From positions 28,512-92,511 of the forward strand of contig DATKFH010000129.1 of assembly GCA_035511455.1 (NCBI GenBank): a stretch of DNA of 64,000 nucleotides. Reading direction: 5' to 3'. The notes below the pieces were generated by a model. It saw only the letters and a list, made by a program, of their open reading frames with translations, was not told the origin of the DNA and ran no database searches. The translations under genes were made by a program, and so were the position numbers. This document shows positions 44,351-55,243 of the stretch, piece by piece. The stretch is from Candidatus Sulfotelmatobacter sp. (GTDB lineage Bacteria; Acidobacteriota; Terriglobia; Terriglobales; Acidobacteriaceae). Each line of letters begins with the position of its first letter. The stretch's first letter is position 1.

Positions 44351-47300
44351 CTAGAACTCGTACCTCAACGCGAACTGCATTACGCGCGGGTCTCCGACTG
44401 CCTGAAACTCTCCGAATGTTCCCGGAGCTTGCAGGCTCAAGCTTGGATTCGAGAAGTTGACGTTGTTGAACACGTTGAAGGCCTCGGCCCGGAACTGGAG
44501 GCGCTGGCCTTCCCACGGCATTGGGAAAGACTTCACCACCGACATGTCCGTGAGGAACATTCCTGGCAGTCGCAGCACCGCACGCTGCCCCGTATGTCCA
44601 GGCAATTCATCCGCAAACGATCCGGAGACCGACGTATTCGCAAACAAACTCGGATATCCGTTCTGATCGGTGTGGACACCCGATGAGACCGGACCTGTAG
44701 CAATCGCCAGAGAACTGAGCCAATAGTTCGCGTTGTAGGCGAGCTCGCCTCCCACAGTTGTGGGCACGCCCGAGTGATAGCGGATCAAGCTGCTGATTTG
44801 CCATCCGCCAACGATTTCGTTGAGCCAGCCGTGCGCGCCGGCGAGTAACGTTCGTCCTCGACCGATCGGCAGAGGATAAAGGATGTTCGCTGTGATGTTG
44901 TGCCGCACGTCGAAGTCGGACGAGCCCCGGAATTCCTTTGTGTTGAAGATATTCTGGATGGCCGCGCCTTGCTGTCCTGCACCGGACTCCGCGGCCGACC
45001 CGTAGTCAATCGAGTGCGACCAGGTGTAGTTGAAGTCGAACGTAAGCCCGCTGCTCAATCCGCGGCGCAGCGAGAAGGTCAGGGCGTGAAAAGCGGCGTT
45101 TCCGGCGTTCATCCACGTCGGCATCGAACTACCCTGTAACGGGAAGAATGTATAGCAGCCATACCGGGAGATCTGCGCGCATCCCACGGGATTCGACGTT
45201 CCCGCCCACGCCGTGCTGGGATTGCGGTCGACAGCATGGAGACAATCCAGATAGCTGCCGCCGTAATCGTTGTAGACGCAACTGAAGTAGTTCGCTGACG
45301 CGCTTCCGGGGAAGTCAAGGTTCGCCAAGCCCGGCCACAAATCCTCTACGAACGGCAACGTCGGAACCAGGTTCGGATTGGCCGCAACCTGTGCTTCGGT
45401 CAAACCCGAATCATGCAGCTTCCGCAACTGCATCGCGTTCTGTTCCCACGTGACTCCCGATTTCGGATCTTTGAAGTACTCGAGCGGAGTGTAAACGTCG
45501 CCTTCCAGTAGCAGCCGATGAGAGAGACGTCCCGCATATCCGACTTCAAAGGTCAGCTTGCCGGGAAGTTCGCGAGCGAAGCTGGCGTTGAGCACATACG
45601 AATACGGCGGCTTCAGGTTCGGAGCAATGCCCATGAACTCGCCGGCAATGGCTGCGATGTTCGGCGGCGTAACTGGAAAGGTTTCGGCTGCAGGCGGCGT
45701 CAGCACCGGCGCCCCGCCGTTGTAGCGCGGACTGGTGCTGAAGCTATAAGAGGTCGGAAAGTTTTCGGAACTGGCGAGGCCAATCGACCCATACTGGTCA
45801 TATTGGGTTACCAGGTCGCTGCCAAAGCGGTCGTAGACCATTGCTGCTCCTATCCGGAGCGCACCTTGAGTCCCAAAGATTTCCCCCATCAGGCCTTCGT
45901 GCGATGAGGGTGCGTAAGCAATGCCGATGCGTGGAGCAAAGTTGCGGTTGTCTGGACTCCACCAGGTCGGCTTTCCGTTCCCGGGACCATTGAGCGCCCA
46001 TTGCAGCGTGGCATTGGGCATGGCATTCTGCGGCACGCCCTGCCTCTGTAGTGCGTTGCGCTCGGCGAAATACTGCGTTAAAGGAACGGTGGATGTCACT
46101 TGCAGTCCGTGGGCTTCGTAGGGCGGCCGGAAATTCTCCCAGCGCAGGCCAACATTCAGCGTCAGGTCCCGCGTGATCCGGTAGGTATCGCCCACGTACA
46201 GCGAGTAATCGTGCTCGATGAACGAACGCACCTGCGGTGTTCCTGCCGTCAGATAATTGCCTTGCCGGTTGAACAGATCGGTGTGGAAGTCGTCGTTCAC
46301 CAAGCCGAGAACCACGCCCATGCCGTTGGCAGTTGAAGTTGGGTCGTCAAGCGGCAAGCCCGTGTATTGGCTGATCGCGTTGTCGATGTCGGCGCCAAGC
46401 CCGATCAGTTCGGTCGCACCGTATCCGTAGCGAGCGAACGAAGTGGCGTACGAACTGGTGTTGTTGTGGATGATGCTGACGCCGCCACCCGCCGTGATCG
46501 TGTGTTTGCCCTTTACCCACGTGACGCCGTCATTGAGATTGGTGGTCGGCAGAATCTGCGAGGAAGGGCGCGCATACGGATTCAGCAACGGATCAAGACT
46601 CGTCTGGAAGAGAAGTGGCCCCGTTTGTCCGGTGAAAGATTGTCCGAAACGGGTGTAGCCGACGTTAAACAGGTTGATAACACTTGGAGTGAGAATCGCA
46701 GTGTACTGTGCGGCCAGGCCCTTGCTGTTGTCGCGCAGCGTCGATGCTGGCGACTGGCCGGGAAACTGTGCCGGGATCTGATCGTCGGTGTTGCGCGCAA
46801 ACGTGCTGCGGGCACTGACTGTGTGCTTTCCCGCGCTGTCGATGTGCAGATCGACCTTTGCCACCAGCGCGTGATCGCTGCGATGGATCGGCGCATTGAA
46901 CCGGAAGCCGCTGAAATTCAGGCCACCGTCTTCGCCGAAGGAAGGATCGTTACCCCTTGGATATGACTGAAGAACCGCAAGTATGCTGGCGTCCGGGCCC
47001 AAATGCAGCGGGTCGACGTTTTGCACATCAGTTGGCTGTAGCGTCTGCGTGGTTCCTCCCGAGTTGAACAGAAACTTGCCGGCGCGAAGCGTGTCCGAAG
47101 GGACGGCACGAACCTGGGAAACGCCGCTGGCATCTTCCCGCTGCTCATAGTTGAAGAAGTAGAAAACGCGATTGGGAATGACCTTGCCGCCGATCGACGC
47201 GCCGAATTGATTTCGGACCAGCGGTTGCCGAGGCACTCCGGCGTGGTTGTTGAACCAGGTATTGGCGGCAAACCAGGTATTGCGGTTGTACTCGTAGAGC

Positions 47301-48106
47301 GATCCATGGAGTTGGTTTGTCCCGCCTTTGGTGACCAGCGCGACTTGGCCGCCGGACGAACGACCCAGATTCGGGCCCTCGCCTGCGACCGTCACGCGAA
47401 ACTCCTGCACCGAGTCCAGCGGAATTGGGAGTACTCCGTTAAAACCCGCATTCGTCATGACCCCGTTGGCGTTGGATCCCTGATATCCACCTGTGCCAGT
47501 TCCGGTCGCCTGCGGAACTAGGCCTGAGTTCTGGTTATTGTTGACGTCAGCGCCGTCGAGGGTGATGTTGTTCTGATCGCGATGGGCTCCCAGAACTGCG
47601 CCATCGGTGGTCACTCCGGGCTGCAGGCTCAACAGTTCCACGACGTTTCGCGTCTGTAGCGGCAATTGGCGAACCTGGGTCTCGCTAAAAGGGTTGCCGA
47701 CGCTGGCATCGGTCGTGTTCACCTGGGAAGCTTCGGAAGCGACATTGACGACCTCTCCGGTCGTGCTGAGCGACATTCTTAGATCGAGCGTAGCCGGCGT
47801 GTTCACCAGCAATGCGATTTCATCCTTCGTCATGGTTGCAAAGCCCGGCTTCTCGGCGACGAGTTTGTAGATTCCGGGAGCAACCTGCAGAAAGCTATAT
47901 TCCCCTTGCGCATCGGTGGTGGTTCTGCGGGCAGTTCCGTTGTCAGAGCTCTTGATGGTGACTGCGGCGCCTGGAATCACCGCACCGGAGGGGTCTGAAA
48001 TAGTTCCCCTCAGCGACGTAGTCGCTTGCGGGAACGCTATCATCGTTCCCAACCATGCAACGAACAACACTACTCCCAAAGACTTCGCGGCTAGTCCCTC
48101 ACCCAT
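44351..48106 (-). CDS. TonB-dependent-receptor-like barrel with a CarboxypepD_reg domain (TBDR-A, ~1251 aa)
   Basis: Signal peptide ..IAFPQA. LRGTISDPSGAVIPGAAVTIKS...AQGEYSFLQVAPGIYKLVAEKPGF. Plug-like FSETQVRQLPLQTRNVVELLSLQPGV. Terminal ..ALRYEF. ATG 48106 with GGAGAA upstream. Confidence 0.9.
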   Translation of the reverse strand: MGEGLAAKSLGVVLFVAWLGTMIAFPQATTSLRGTISDPSGAVIPGAAVTIKSSDNGTARRTTTDAQGEYSFLQVAPGIYKLVAEKPGFATMTKDEIALLVNTPATLDLRMSLSTTGEVVNVASEASQVNTTDASVGNPFSETQVRQLPLQTRNVVELLSLQPGVTTDGAVLGAHRDQNNITLDGADVNNNQNSGLVPQATGTGTGGYQGSNANGVMTNAGFNGVLPIPLDSVQEFRVTVAGEGPNLGRSSGGQVALVTKGGTNQLHGSLYEYNRNTWFAANTWFNNHAGVPRQPLVRNQFGASIGGKVIPNRVFYFFNYEQREDASGVSQVRAVPSDTLRAGKFLFNSGGTTQTLQPTDVQNVDPLHLGPDASILAVLQSYPRGNDPSFGEDGGLNFSGFRFNAPIHRSDHALVAKVDLHIDSAGKHTVSARSTFARNTDDQIPAQFPGQSPASTLRDNSKGLAAQYTAILTPSVINLFNVGYTRFGQSFTGQTGPLLFQTSLDPLLNPYARPSSQILPTTNLNDGVTWVKGKHTITAGGGVSIIHNNTSSYATSFARYGYGATELIGLGADIDNAISQYTGLPLDDPTSTANGMGVVLGLVNDDFHTDLFNRQGNYLTAGTPQVRSFIEHDYSLYVGDTYRITRDLTLNVGLRWENFRPPYEAHGLQVTSTVPLTQYFAERNALQRQGVPQNAMPNATLQWALNGPGNGKPTWWSPDNRNFAPRIGIAYAPSSHEGLMGEIFGTQGALRIGAAMVYDRFGSDLVTQYDQYGSIGLASSENFPTSYSFSTSPRYNGGAPVLTPPAAETFPVTPPNIAAIAGEFMGIAPNLKPPYSYVLNASFARELPGKLTFEVGYAGRLSHRLLLEGDVYTPLEYFKDPKSGVTWEQNAMQLRKLHDSGLTEAQVAANPNLVPTLPFVEDLWPGLANLDFPGSASANYFSCVYNDYGGSYLDCLHAVDRNPSTAWAGTSNPVGCAQISRYGCYTFFPLQGSSMPTWMNAGNAAFHALTFSLRRGLSSGLTFDFNYTWSHSIDYGSAAESGAGQQGAAIQNIFNTKEFRGSSDFDVRHNITANILYPLPIGRGRTLLAGAHGWLNEIVGGWQISSLIRYHSGVPTTVGGELAYNANYWLSSLAIATGPVSSGVHTDQNGYPSLFANTSVSGSFADELPGHTGQRAVLRLPGMFLTDMSVVKSFPMPWEGQRLQFRAEAFNVFNNVNFSNPSLSLQAPGTFGEFQAVGDPRVMQFALRYEF

Positions 48107-48601
48107 GGCATTCTCCGTTTGGTATTGAGAAATAGAGATTCCGTGTCGTAAGCACACTCCAGCGCAGGCGGCCCGCAACCACTTCGGCCACTGACTACTG
48201 CTCGATCACAATTCAGCTGGGGGCACAGGGACGTGCAGCCTGACCCGATGATGAGCGATGCTTAATGATTTTCTCGAGAGAGTCAAAGCCAATGTTTCGA
48301 TGCTACTAATCAATGTTCTGAATATCGCGTTTCCGAATTGTCTCCTCGGAGGTGAACACGCCAGCCGGGTTGATTACATTTACCGATCACAAAATTCGGA
48401 GCGGTTTGCCCGGAGAGCCATATCCAAATTGAACTGAGTGCGGGCGAGTCGCCGCCAGTCTGCACAATTGGCGCGAACGGGAGTAATCTTGGGACAACGG
48501 TTCGCTTGGAACCGAAACAGCCAAGGATGAGCTGTCGGCGTTGCCTCCAAGCTGAGAACAGGGACGTGGGAATCAACCTTTCCAGTGCTGGATCCCGATC
48601 C

Positions 48602-51600
48602 ATGAAGATTAATCGTCGGATTTCGCCGACACAGGTGATTTTCGTTCTCGCGGTCATCACCTGGACATTGCTGGCACCGGCTCAAATTGCGGAGAGAGCT
48701 TCCCAAGGCCATGAGAACGAGGCCGCGTCTTCTTTGACGGAGATTCAGGCCGCGCTCACGCATGAACCGGGCAATCCCAAGCTCTATGTCAAGCTCGGGC
48801 GGGCTTACTGGGATCGGAACGACTACCAACATGCGTTCGATGCCTTTCAGCAGGCGGTGAAGGTGGGGCCGTCTTCGGCCGAAGCGCACAACTGGATGGG
48901 CGCGTTCTTGATGAGCAGAGGCAATCTGCCGAGCGCGATTTCCGAGCTTCGAAAAGCCGTATCTCTGGATCCCAAATACGCACGCGCGTACACGAATCTG
49001 GGATCCGCGCTCGCTCAAAGCGGGAACCTTGCTGAAGCAGTTGCCGCGTTTCAAAAGGCGCTGGCCCTGGAGCCGAACAGTTGGGCTGCACATTTGAATT
49101 TGGGCATCGCTCTGCGCGAGAACGGCGATGCCGAAGGCGCCCTCATTCATCTCAGCCGGGTCGCCAAGGCTCAACCCAAGAATGCTGCCATTCAATGCGA
49201 GCTCGGCCAAACCTACCGTCAAAGTGGCGATTTGGCGCGTTCCGTCGCGGCGTTTGATCGGGCGCTCGAATTTGATCCTGAAATGCGTGAGGCCTACTAC
49301 GGGCTGGGCTTCACGTTGAAGCAACAAGGCGCTGCTGCACGCAGGCCTTCTCCAGCACCCGGGAGTCCCGGCGATGAGTTTTACAAACGCGCCCAGGAGG
49401 CGGTGGCGAACGGCGACCTGAATCTGGCTAAGGAACAACTCGTCGCGGCTGTTCGCGCCGATGAGAACCACGCCGAGGCCCAAAGCCTGCTTGGATACCT
49501 GTTAGGGCAGGAGGGAGATCTGACTTCAGCGCTGAAACATTTGGAACGCGCCGTTACTTTGCGCCCCGATTCTGCTGACGCTCACTACAGTTATGGCGCG
49601 GCGCTGTGGTACAGCGGTTCCAAGGACAAGGCTCTGTCAGAACTGGAAAACAGTGTTCGGCTCGACCCCGGGGCTGGTGCCAGCTACGCCCTGCTGGGGA
49701 TGGCACTACGTGAAACAGGGGATCTAGCTGCGTCCCAGTTGAATCTCAAACGTGCCATCGCGCTCTCGCCGACCACAGCCGCAACGTTCATCGACCTGGG
49801 GATTGTTTTTCTCCGCCAGGGCGAACTCGATCGAGCCTTGGCTCAGTTTAAGGCGGGTCTCAAGGCTGCCTCGCAGCTACCAGCGCCTGATTGGGACGCC
49901 GCCATCAGCGGCCTTCGTGAAATGATCTCGAAAGATCCCAGTCGCCCGCAAGCGCACAACATGCTCGGTCTCCTGCTGGGTCGCAAAGGCGCAGATACCG
50001 GCGAGGTGCTCGGAGAGTTACGCGAAGCGGTTCGCCTCCGGCCGGACTACGCCGAGGCGCACAACAACATAGGGCTGGTGCTGGCGCAGAACGGCGACGA
50101 CGAGAAAGCAATCGCTGAGTTTCGCGAGGCTGTCCGCATCCAGCCCGATTATGCTGATGCCCATGCGAACCTGGGTGCCGCACTCTTGTTCTCGGATGTC
50201 GAAGAAGCGATCAGGGAACTTGAGAAAGCGGTAGCGCTGGATCCCACCTTGGTGACGGCGCAGGTGAATCTGGGGGAAGCTTACGGCAGAAGTCCGAGCC
50301 ACGGTCCCGCGAAGCAAGTCGAACAGTTGCACAAAGTTATCGCGCTCGCGCCAGATTTTGCACGCGCACACCTTGCGCTGGGCAAGTCTCTCTTGCAGGA
50401 CGGAAAGGTCAGCGATGCCGTAAATGAGCTCCAAGAGGCCGCTCGCCTGGATCCAAGAAGCGGCGAAGCACACTACCAGCTCGGTCTCGCTCTGGCGCGA
50501 AGCGGCAAGCAAGAGGAAGCGACCGCAGAAGTCCAGAAAGGACGTGAGCTTTCCGCTGCGGATGAGCGCAATCAAAATGCAAATTTGGACATGTCCGAGG
50601 GTCGGTCGGCCCTTGAGAAGGGTGAGTTGCAGCAGGCGGAGGCGAAATTCAGGCATGCAATCAGGCTGGAATCGAATTCGCCCGGCGCACAGCATTATCT
50701 CGGGATAGTCCTGGAGGCGAAAGGTGATACGGAAGGTGCCGTCGCAGCTTATCAAAAAGCTGTCGAGCTGAATCCCGGGGATTTGACTTCCAAACAGAGT
50801 CTCAACCGGTTGAGTCCGCCCCCTCCTGCCACCGAACCGGCGTCACTCGCGAAGACAGGAGATGATGATCCCGCGAGAGTTTCACAGCTCGAAAGCTACT
50901 TTCGGGAGAGCCGATTCCAGGAAGTCGAACCGTTACTGGCTGGATACGTGAAAGAACGTCCCGGCTCTTCCTGGGGTTGGTACGCCCTTGGCTACAGTCA
51001 ATTTGCTCAAAAGAAGATCGGAGAGTCCATTAAATCGCTCTCCGAGTCTCTTCGACTGAACGTGGAAAATGCCGATGCGCACAAAATTCTTGGACGCGAC
51101 CTGATGATTGTGGGACGGTTCGACATGGCGCAAGCTGAATTCGAGCAGGGAATTCACTATGCACCGAAGTCGCCCGAGAACTACTACGATCTGGGCAAGG
51201 TATTCTCGCTGGAAGACAACTGGGAGGGAGCGCGCAAGCAATTCGAAGATGCAATTCGCCTTAACCCGTCTTATGTCGAGGCGATCGACGCGCTCGGCTT
51301 CGCCCAAGAGGCTTTAGGGGATGACGCTGGCGCGATAAAACGTTATGAAGAAGCAATCGCGCTGAATGAGCAGCGCCACGGTACATTCGTTTCGGCGCAT
51401 GTCAATCTGAGCGCCTACTACAACCGGACCGGCGATTCGGCGAAAGCCCTGAACTGGGCGCAAAAGGCACTAGAGCTAGATCCCAAGTCTGATCCTGCCT
51501 GGTTTCAAAAAGCAAGAGCTGAGGAGCGCCAGGGCAACCTGCAGGCGGCGGTCGATTCGTTGAACCGGGCGATCGGGGTGAACCCGCGCTCTTCGTCCTA

Positions 51601-51769
51601 CTATTACGTGCTGGCCGGGGTTTACCGCAGGCTCGGCAAATCCGAGGAAAGCAAGAAGGCCTTAGATTCGTTCACGCGCCTCGATCAAGAGAACAACGAA
51701 CTGGAGAAAGTGCGTCGTAACCTCTCGCGGAGTAGGGGTGCCCCACATCCCGGAGGTGACCGTGAGTAG
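48602..51769 (+). CDS. large TPR-repeat protein with an N-terminal signal/anchor (TPR-A, ~1055 aa)
   Basis: MKINRRISPTQVIFVLAVITWTLLAPAQ, followed by more than 20 TPR units (A.YxxLG.A....G....A...F..AL.L.P). The track ORF opens at 48506. Confidence 0.85.
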   Translation: MKINRRISPTQVIFVLAVITWTLLAPAQIAERASQGHENEAASSLTEIQAALTHEPGNPKLYVKLGRAYWDRNDYQHAFDAFQQAVKVGPSSAEAHNWMGAFLMSRGNLPSAISELRKAVSLDPKYARAYTNLGSALAQSGNLAEAVAAFQKALALEPNSWAAHLNLGIALRENGDAEGALIHLSRVAKAQPKNAAIQCELGQTYRQSGDLARSVAAFDRALEFDPEMREAYYGLGFTLKQQGAAARRPSPAPGSPGDEFYKRAQEAVANGDLNLAKEQLVAAVRADENHAEAQSLLGYLLGQEGDLTSALKHLERAVTLRPDSADAHYSYGAALWYSGSKDKALSELENSVRLDPGAGASYALLGMALRETGDLAASQLNLKRAIALSPTTAATFIDLGIVFLRQGELDRALAQFKAGLKAASQLPAPDWDAAISGLREMISKDPSRPQAHNMLGLLLGRKGADTGEVLGELREAVRLRPDYAEAHNNIGLVLAQNGDDEKAIAEFREAVRIQPDYADAHANLGAALLFSDVEEAIRELEKAVALDPTLVTAQVNLGEAYGRSPSHGPAKQVEQLHKVIALAPDFARAHLALGKSLLQDGKVSDAVNELQEAARLDPRSGEAHYQLGLALARSGKQEEATAEVQKGRELSAADERNQNANLDMSEGRSALEKGELQQAEAKFRHAIRLESNSPGAQHYLGIVLEAKGDTEGAVAAYQKAVELNPGDLTSKQSLNRLSPPPPATEPASLAKTGDDDPARVSQLESYFRESRFQEVEPLLAGYVKERPGSSWGWYALGYSQFAQKKIGESIKSLSESLRLNVENADAHKILGRDLMIVGRFDMAQAEFEQGIHYAPKSPENYYDLGKVFSLEDNWEGARKQFEDAIRLNPSYVEAIDALGFAQEALGDDAGAIKRYEEAIALNEQRHGTFVSAHVNLSAYYNRTGDSAKALNWAQKALELDPKSDPAWFQKARAEERQGNLQAAVDSLNRAIGVNPRSSSYYYVLAGVYRRLGKSEESKKALDSFTRLDQENNELEKVRRNLSRSRGAPHPGGDRE

Positions 51770-53483
51770 TGGTTCCAGCCTGTTTGGGTGGCTGCGTGAA
51801 TCGTTGAAAACCGCGGGTTGCGTCGGGGCATTGATGTCTTTGGTACTGACGAGCCCTGCCCAAACAGCTCCCGACGTGCAGTTCAGAGACATCACCGAGC
51901 AGAGCAAGGTGAACTTCACGCAAGAGAATTCTGCTACATCAAACAAGTACTTGATTGAAACGATGGCGGGCGGAGTCGCGCTCTTCGATTACGACAATGA
52001 CGGTCGTCTGGACATCTTTCTTACCAACGGTGCGCTGCTTGCCGACCCCATGCCGGACGGGGCGATGCCCGACAAATCGGACAAGAAATTCTGGAACCGG
52101 CTGTATCACCAGAATGCTGATGCCACCTTCACCGACGTTACGGAACGGGCCGGCCTGACTGGAATGCCGCAAGGCTACTACAGCATGGGAGTAGCAGTTG
52201 GAGACTACGACAACGACGGCTTTGAAGACCTCTATGTAACCGGCTACGGCGGCAATATCCTTTACCACAACAACGGAAATGGAACCTTCACCGATGTCAC
52301 GGAAAAGGCCGGGGTCAGAGCGGGGGGGTGGAGCGCGAGCGCAGGGTTTTTCGATTACGACAACGACGGCAAGCTCGATCTGTTCGTGACGCGCTACGTC
52401 AATTGGACGTTTAAGACCAATCGCTATTGCGGGGAAAAGCGCCCTGGCTTTCGAGCGTACTGCCATCCTGACAACTACGACGGCGTGACCAACCTCTTGT
52501 ACCACAACAATGGGGATGGCACTTTCACCGACGTTTCCGAGAAAGCCGGAATCGCTAACTCGCACGGCAAAGGACTGGGGGTATCCTTTGCCGACTACGA
52601 CGGCGACGGCTTTACAGATATTTTTGTCGCCAACGACTCGGTTCAGTGCTTTCTTTATCACAACAACGGCAATGGCACTTTCACCGAAACCGGCTTGCTC
52701 GCCGGTGTCGGATATAACGAGGATGGCAAGACTTTTGCCGGAATGGGGATTGATTTCAGCGACTATGACAATGACGGCCGGCCCGACATCGTGGTCACCG
52801 ATCTTTCCAACGAACGCTACATGCTGTTCCGCAATAATGGCGATGGCACCTTTCGGGATGTCACTAATCTTTCCGGCATCGGCAGCGCCACCCTGGCCTT
52901 TTCGGGCTGGAGCACGCACCTGTTCGACTACGATAACGACGGGTGGAAGGACCTGTTCGTGGCCCAGTCTCACGTGATGGACACGATCGAAAAGACTTCG
53001 CCGAACTTGCGATACCTCGAGCCGCCTCTGTTGTTGCGCAATGTGTCGGGCCACTTCTCCAGAGTCGTTGCGGGAGAGGTGTTTCAACGAGAATGGGCAG
53101 GCCGTGGAGCCGCGTTCGGCGACATCGATAATGATGGCGACATCGATATCGTCGTCAGCAATCTGGGGCAGAAGGCGTACGTGCTGCGGAACGAGGGCGG
53201 GAGTCGGAATAACTGGATCGGGATCGAGACCGTGGGCACGAAATCGAACCGCGACGGAATTGGGGCCCGAATCAGAGTTGTTTCCTCCTCTGGGATGACC
53301 CAGTACTTTACAGTGAACACGGCGGTCGGTTACCTTTCAGCCAGCGACAAGCGTGTGGTTGCTGGTCTCGGCCAAGACTCCAGCGCCAAACTGATCGAGA
53401 TTCACTGGCCTTCGGGAGTCGTGCAGAAATTCGAGAACGTCAAAGCAAGACAGTATCTCAAGGCCGTCGAACTCGCCCAATGA
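51738..53483 (+). CDS. CRTAC1-like protein: FG-GAP/VCBS beta-propeller + UnbV/ASPIC domain (CRTAC-1)
   Basis: Repeated FDYDNDG.LD(I/L)F(L/V)T and LYHNNG(N/D)[12 protein letters not shown]-terminal NNWIGIETVGTKSNRDGIGARIRV. It overlaps the TPR-A stop. The likely start is GTG 51762, after GGAGG. Confidence 0.85.
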   Translation: MPHIPEVTVSSGSSLFGWLRESLKTAGCVGALMSLVLTSPAQTAPDVQFRDITEQSKVNFTQENSATSNKYLIETMAGGVALFDYDNDGRLDIFLTNGALLADPMPDGAMPDKSDKKFWNRLYHQNADATFTDVTERAGLTGMPQGYYSMGVAVGDYDNDGFEDLYVTGYGGNILYHNNGNGTFTDVTEKAGVRAGGWSASAGFFDYDNDGKLDLFVTRYVNWTFKTNRYCGEKRPGFRAYCHPDNYDGVTNLLYHNNGDGTFTDVSEKAGIANSHGKGLGVSFADYDGDGFTDIFVANDSVQCFLYHNNGNGTFTETGLLAGVGYNEDGKTFAGMGIDFSDYDNDGRPDIVVTDLSNERYMLFRNNGDGTFRDVTNLSGIGSATLAFSGWSTHLFDYDNDGWKDLFVAQSHVMDTIEKTSPNLRYLEPPLLLRNVSGHFSRVVAGEVFQREWAGRGAAFGDIDNDGDIDIVVSNLGQKAYVLRNEGGSRNNWIGIETVGTKSNRDGIGARIRVVSSSGMTQYFTVNTAVGYLSASDKRVVAGLGQDSSAKLIEIHWPSGVVQKFENVKARQYLKAVELAQ

Positions 53484-55243
53484 TTACCCGCCGGAAAATT
53501 GTTCTCACCATGGCAGGCGCGGCGGGCGCTGCGTTGGCAGGCATGTCCGGCGCCGTCTTTGGTCAGGGAATCTCTTCGCGCGGCGTCAAGCCACAACCTC
53601 GAGGCAAACCTTCTGGTCGCCCGTTTCTTGCGCGTTTCACCGATGTCGCCAAGCACGCAGGCCTTACCGAGCCAGTTATCTATGGTGGGTTGGACAGCAA
53701 GAGTTACATCGTCGAAGTCGTGGGGTGCGGCGCCGCGTTCATCGACTTTGACAATGACGGCTGGGTGGACTTGTTCGTGCTGAGTGGCACGAGATTGGAA
53801 GGCGATCCGCCAGGGGTGACGAATCATCTCTACAAAAACAACCGCGATGGCACCTTTACTGACGTCACAAAAAAAGCCGGGCTGGTGCGCACTGGTTGGG
53901 CATCTTCGGTGACGGTGGGCGATTACGACAATGACGGTTTCGATGATTTGTTCGTCACATACTACGGTCACAATGTCCTCTACCACAACAACGGTGACGG
54001 AACCTTTTCCGATGTGACGCGGAAGGCCGGACTCGACCAAACTTCGGTGCGCTACGGTTCGGGCTGCACGTGGTTAGATTATGATCGCGACGGCCGGCTG
54101 GATCTTTTCGTCGCCAATTATCTCAACACTACTCTCGACAAACTGCCCAAACCCGGCGAGAACCCCGATTGCACGTGGAAGGGAGTTGCGGTCAACTGCG
54201 GCCCGCGCGGTCTTCCGACCGGATCCGTTCAGCTCTTTCACAACAGTGGCGACGGCACCTTCACCGATGTAAGCAAGCAAAGCGGAGTCTCCGCGGCGTC
54301 GGGTTCTTATCCCATGACAACTGTCGCGGCAGATTACGACAACGATGGGTGGCCGGACATCTATGTCGCCTGCGATTCCACGCCGAGCTGGCTCTTTCAC
54401 AACCAGCACGACGGCACCTTCCGCGAACAGGCGCTCGAGCGCGGAGTTGCGCTCAGCGAAGACGGGCTCGAACAGGCGGGCATGGGCGTTGGCATAGGGG
54501 ACTACGACCTGGATGGAAATCTGGACATTTTCAAGACCAACTTCGCCGACGACACCAACGTCCTTTACCACAACGACGGCAAAGGCAACTTCGACGACGT
54601 CACGATTCGTTGCGGCCTGGGCGTCGAGACACGATATGTCGGGTGGGGAACAGGAATCGTTGATTTTGACAACGACGGTTTTCCCGACCTGTTTGTCGCG
54701 ACAGGAAGTGTTTATCCCGAAGTCGAAAAGAAGGTGCCCTCTTATCCATTCCGGACTCCGCGCCTGGTATTTCGCAATCTAGGTGACGGAAGGTTCGAAG
54801 AGTTAATTGAAGAAGCGGGCATCGGCATCGCCGAGGTACACGCCAGCCGCGGGTGCGCCTTCGGAGACTTTGATAACGACGGCGATATGGACATTCTCAT
54901 CATCAACCTGAACGAACCGCCGTCTCTACTGCGCAACGACCTTTCGAGTAAAGGTCACTGGCTCAAGGTGCTGCTCGTCGGAGTCAAGTCCAATCGAAGT
55001 GCAATCGGCGCTCGCGTGACGGCGCGCTACGGAAGCCACCTTCAGGCTCAGGAGGTGCTCGCCCAATCGAGTTTCTACTCGGTCAATGATCGGCGCTTGC
55101 ACTTCGGCCTGGGAGCAGAGAGCGTGGCCCATCTTACTGTCCGCTGGACCAATGGCGACACCGAGACGGTTCCGAATGTTGCCGCCGATCAACTTGTGGT
55201 GATCCGTGAAGGTGCAGGAATCATTCACAAGCAGAAGTTCTGA
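53480..55243 (+). CDS. CRTAC1-like FG-GAP + UnbV/ASPIC protein (CRTAC-2)
   Basis: MITRRKIVLTMAGAAGAALAG (Tat-like). Same blade motifs. HWLKVLLVGVKSNRSAIGARV. ATGA overlap with the CRTAC-1 stop. Confidence 0.9.
   Translation: MITRRKIVLTMAGAAGAALAGMSGAVFGQGISSRGVKPQPRGKPSGRPFLARFTDVAKHAGLTEPVIYGGLDSKSYIVEVVGCGAAFIDFDNDGWVDLFVLSGTRLEGDPPGVTNHLYKNNRDGTFTDVTKKAGLVRTGWASSVTVGDYDNDGFDDLFVTYYGHNVLYHNNGDGTFSDVTRKAGLDQTSVRYGSGCTWLDYDRDGRLDLFVANYLNTTLDKLPKPGENPDCTWKGVAVNCGPRGLPTGSVQLFHNSGDGTFTDVSKQSGVSAASGSYPMTTVAADYDNDGWPDIYVACDSTPSWLFHNQHDGTFREQALERGVALSEDGLEQAGMGVGIGDYDLDGNLDIFKTNFADDTNVLYHNDGKGNFDDVTIRCGLGVETRYVGWGTGIVDFDNDGFPDLFVATGSVYPEVEKKVPSYPFRTPRLVFRNLGDGRFEELIEEAGIGIAEVHASRGCAFGDFDNDGDMDILIINLNEPPSLLRNDLSSKGHWLKVLLVGVKSNRSAIGARVTARYGSHLQAQEVLAQSSFYSVNDRRLHFGLGAESVAHLTVRWTNGDTETVPNVAADQLVVIREGAGIIHKQKF

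Noticed and set aside
51939-53087. 382-aa - strand ORF, plus 53402..54040, 54074..54571 and 60562..61278 opposite the CRTAC genes
   Set aside because: Their V/I-rich repeats (..VVVVV..) are the reverse-complement reading of the repeated DYDNDG / NNGDGTF codons. They are shadow ORFs, not genes.
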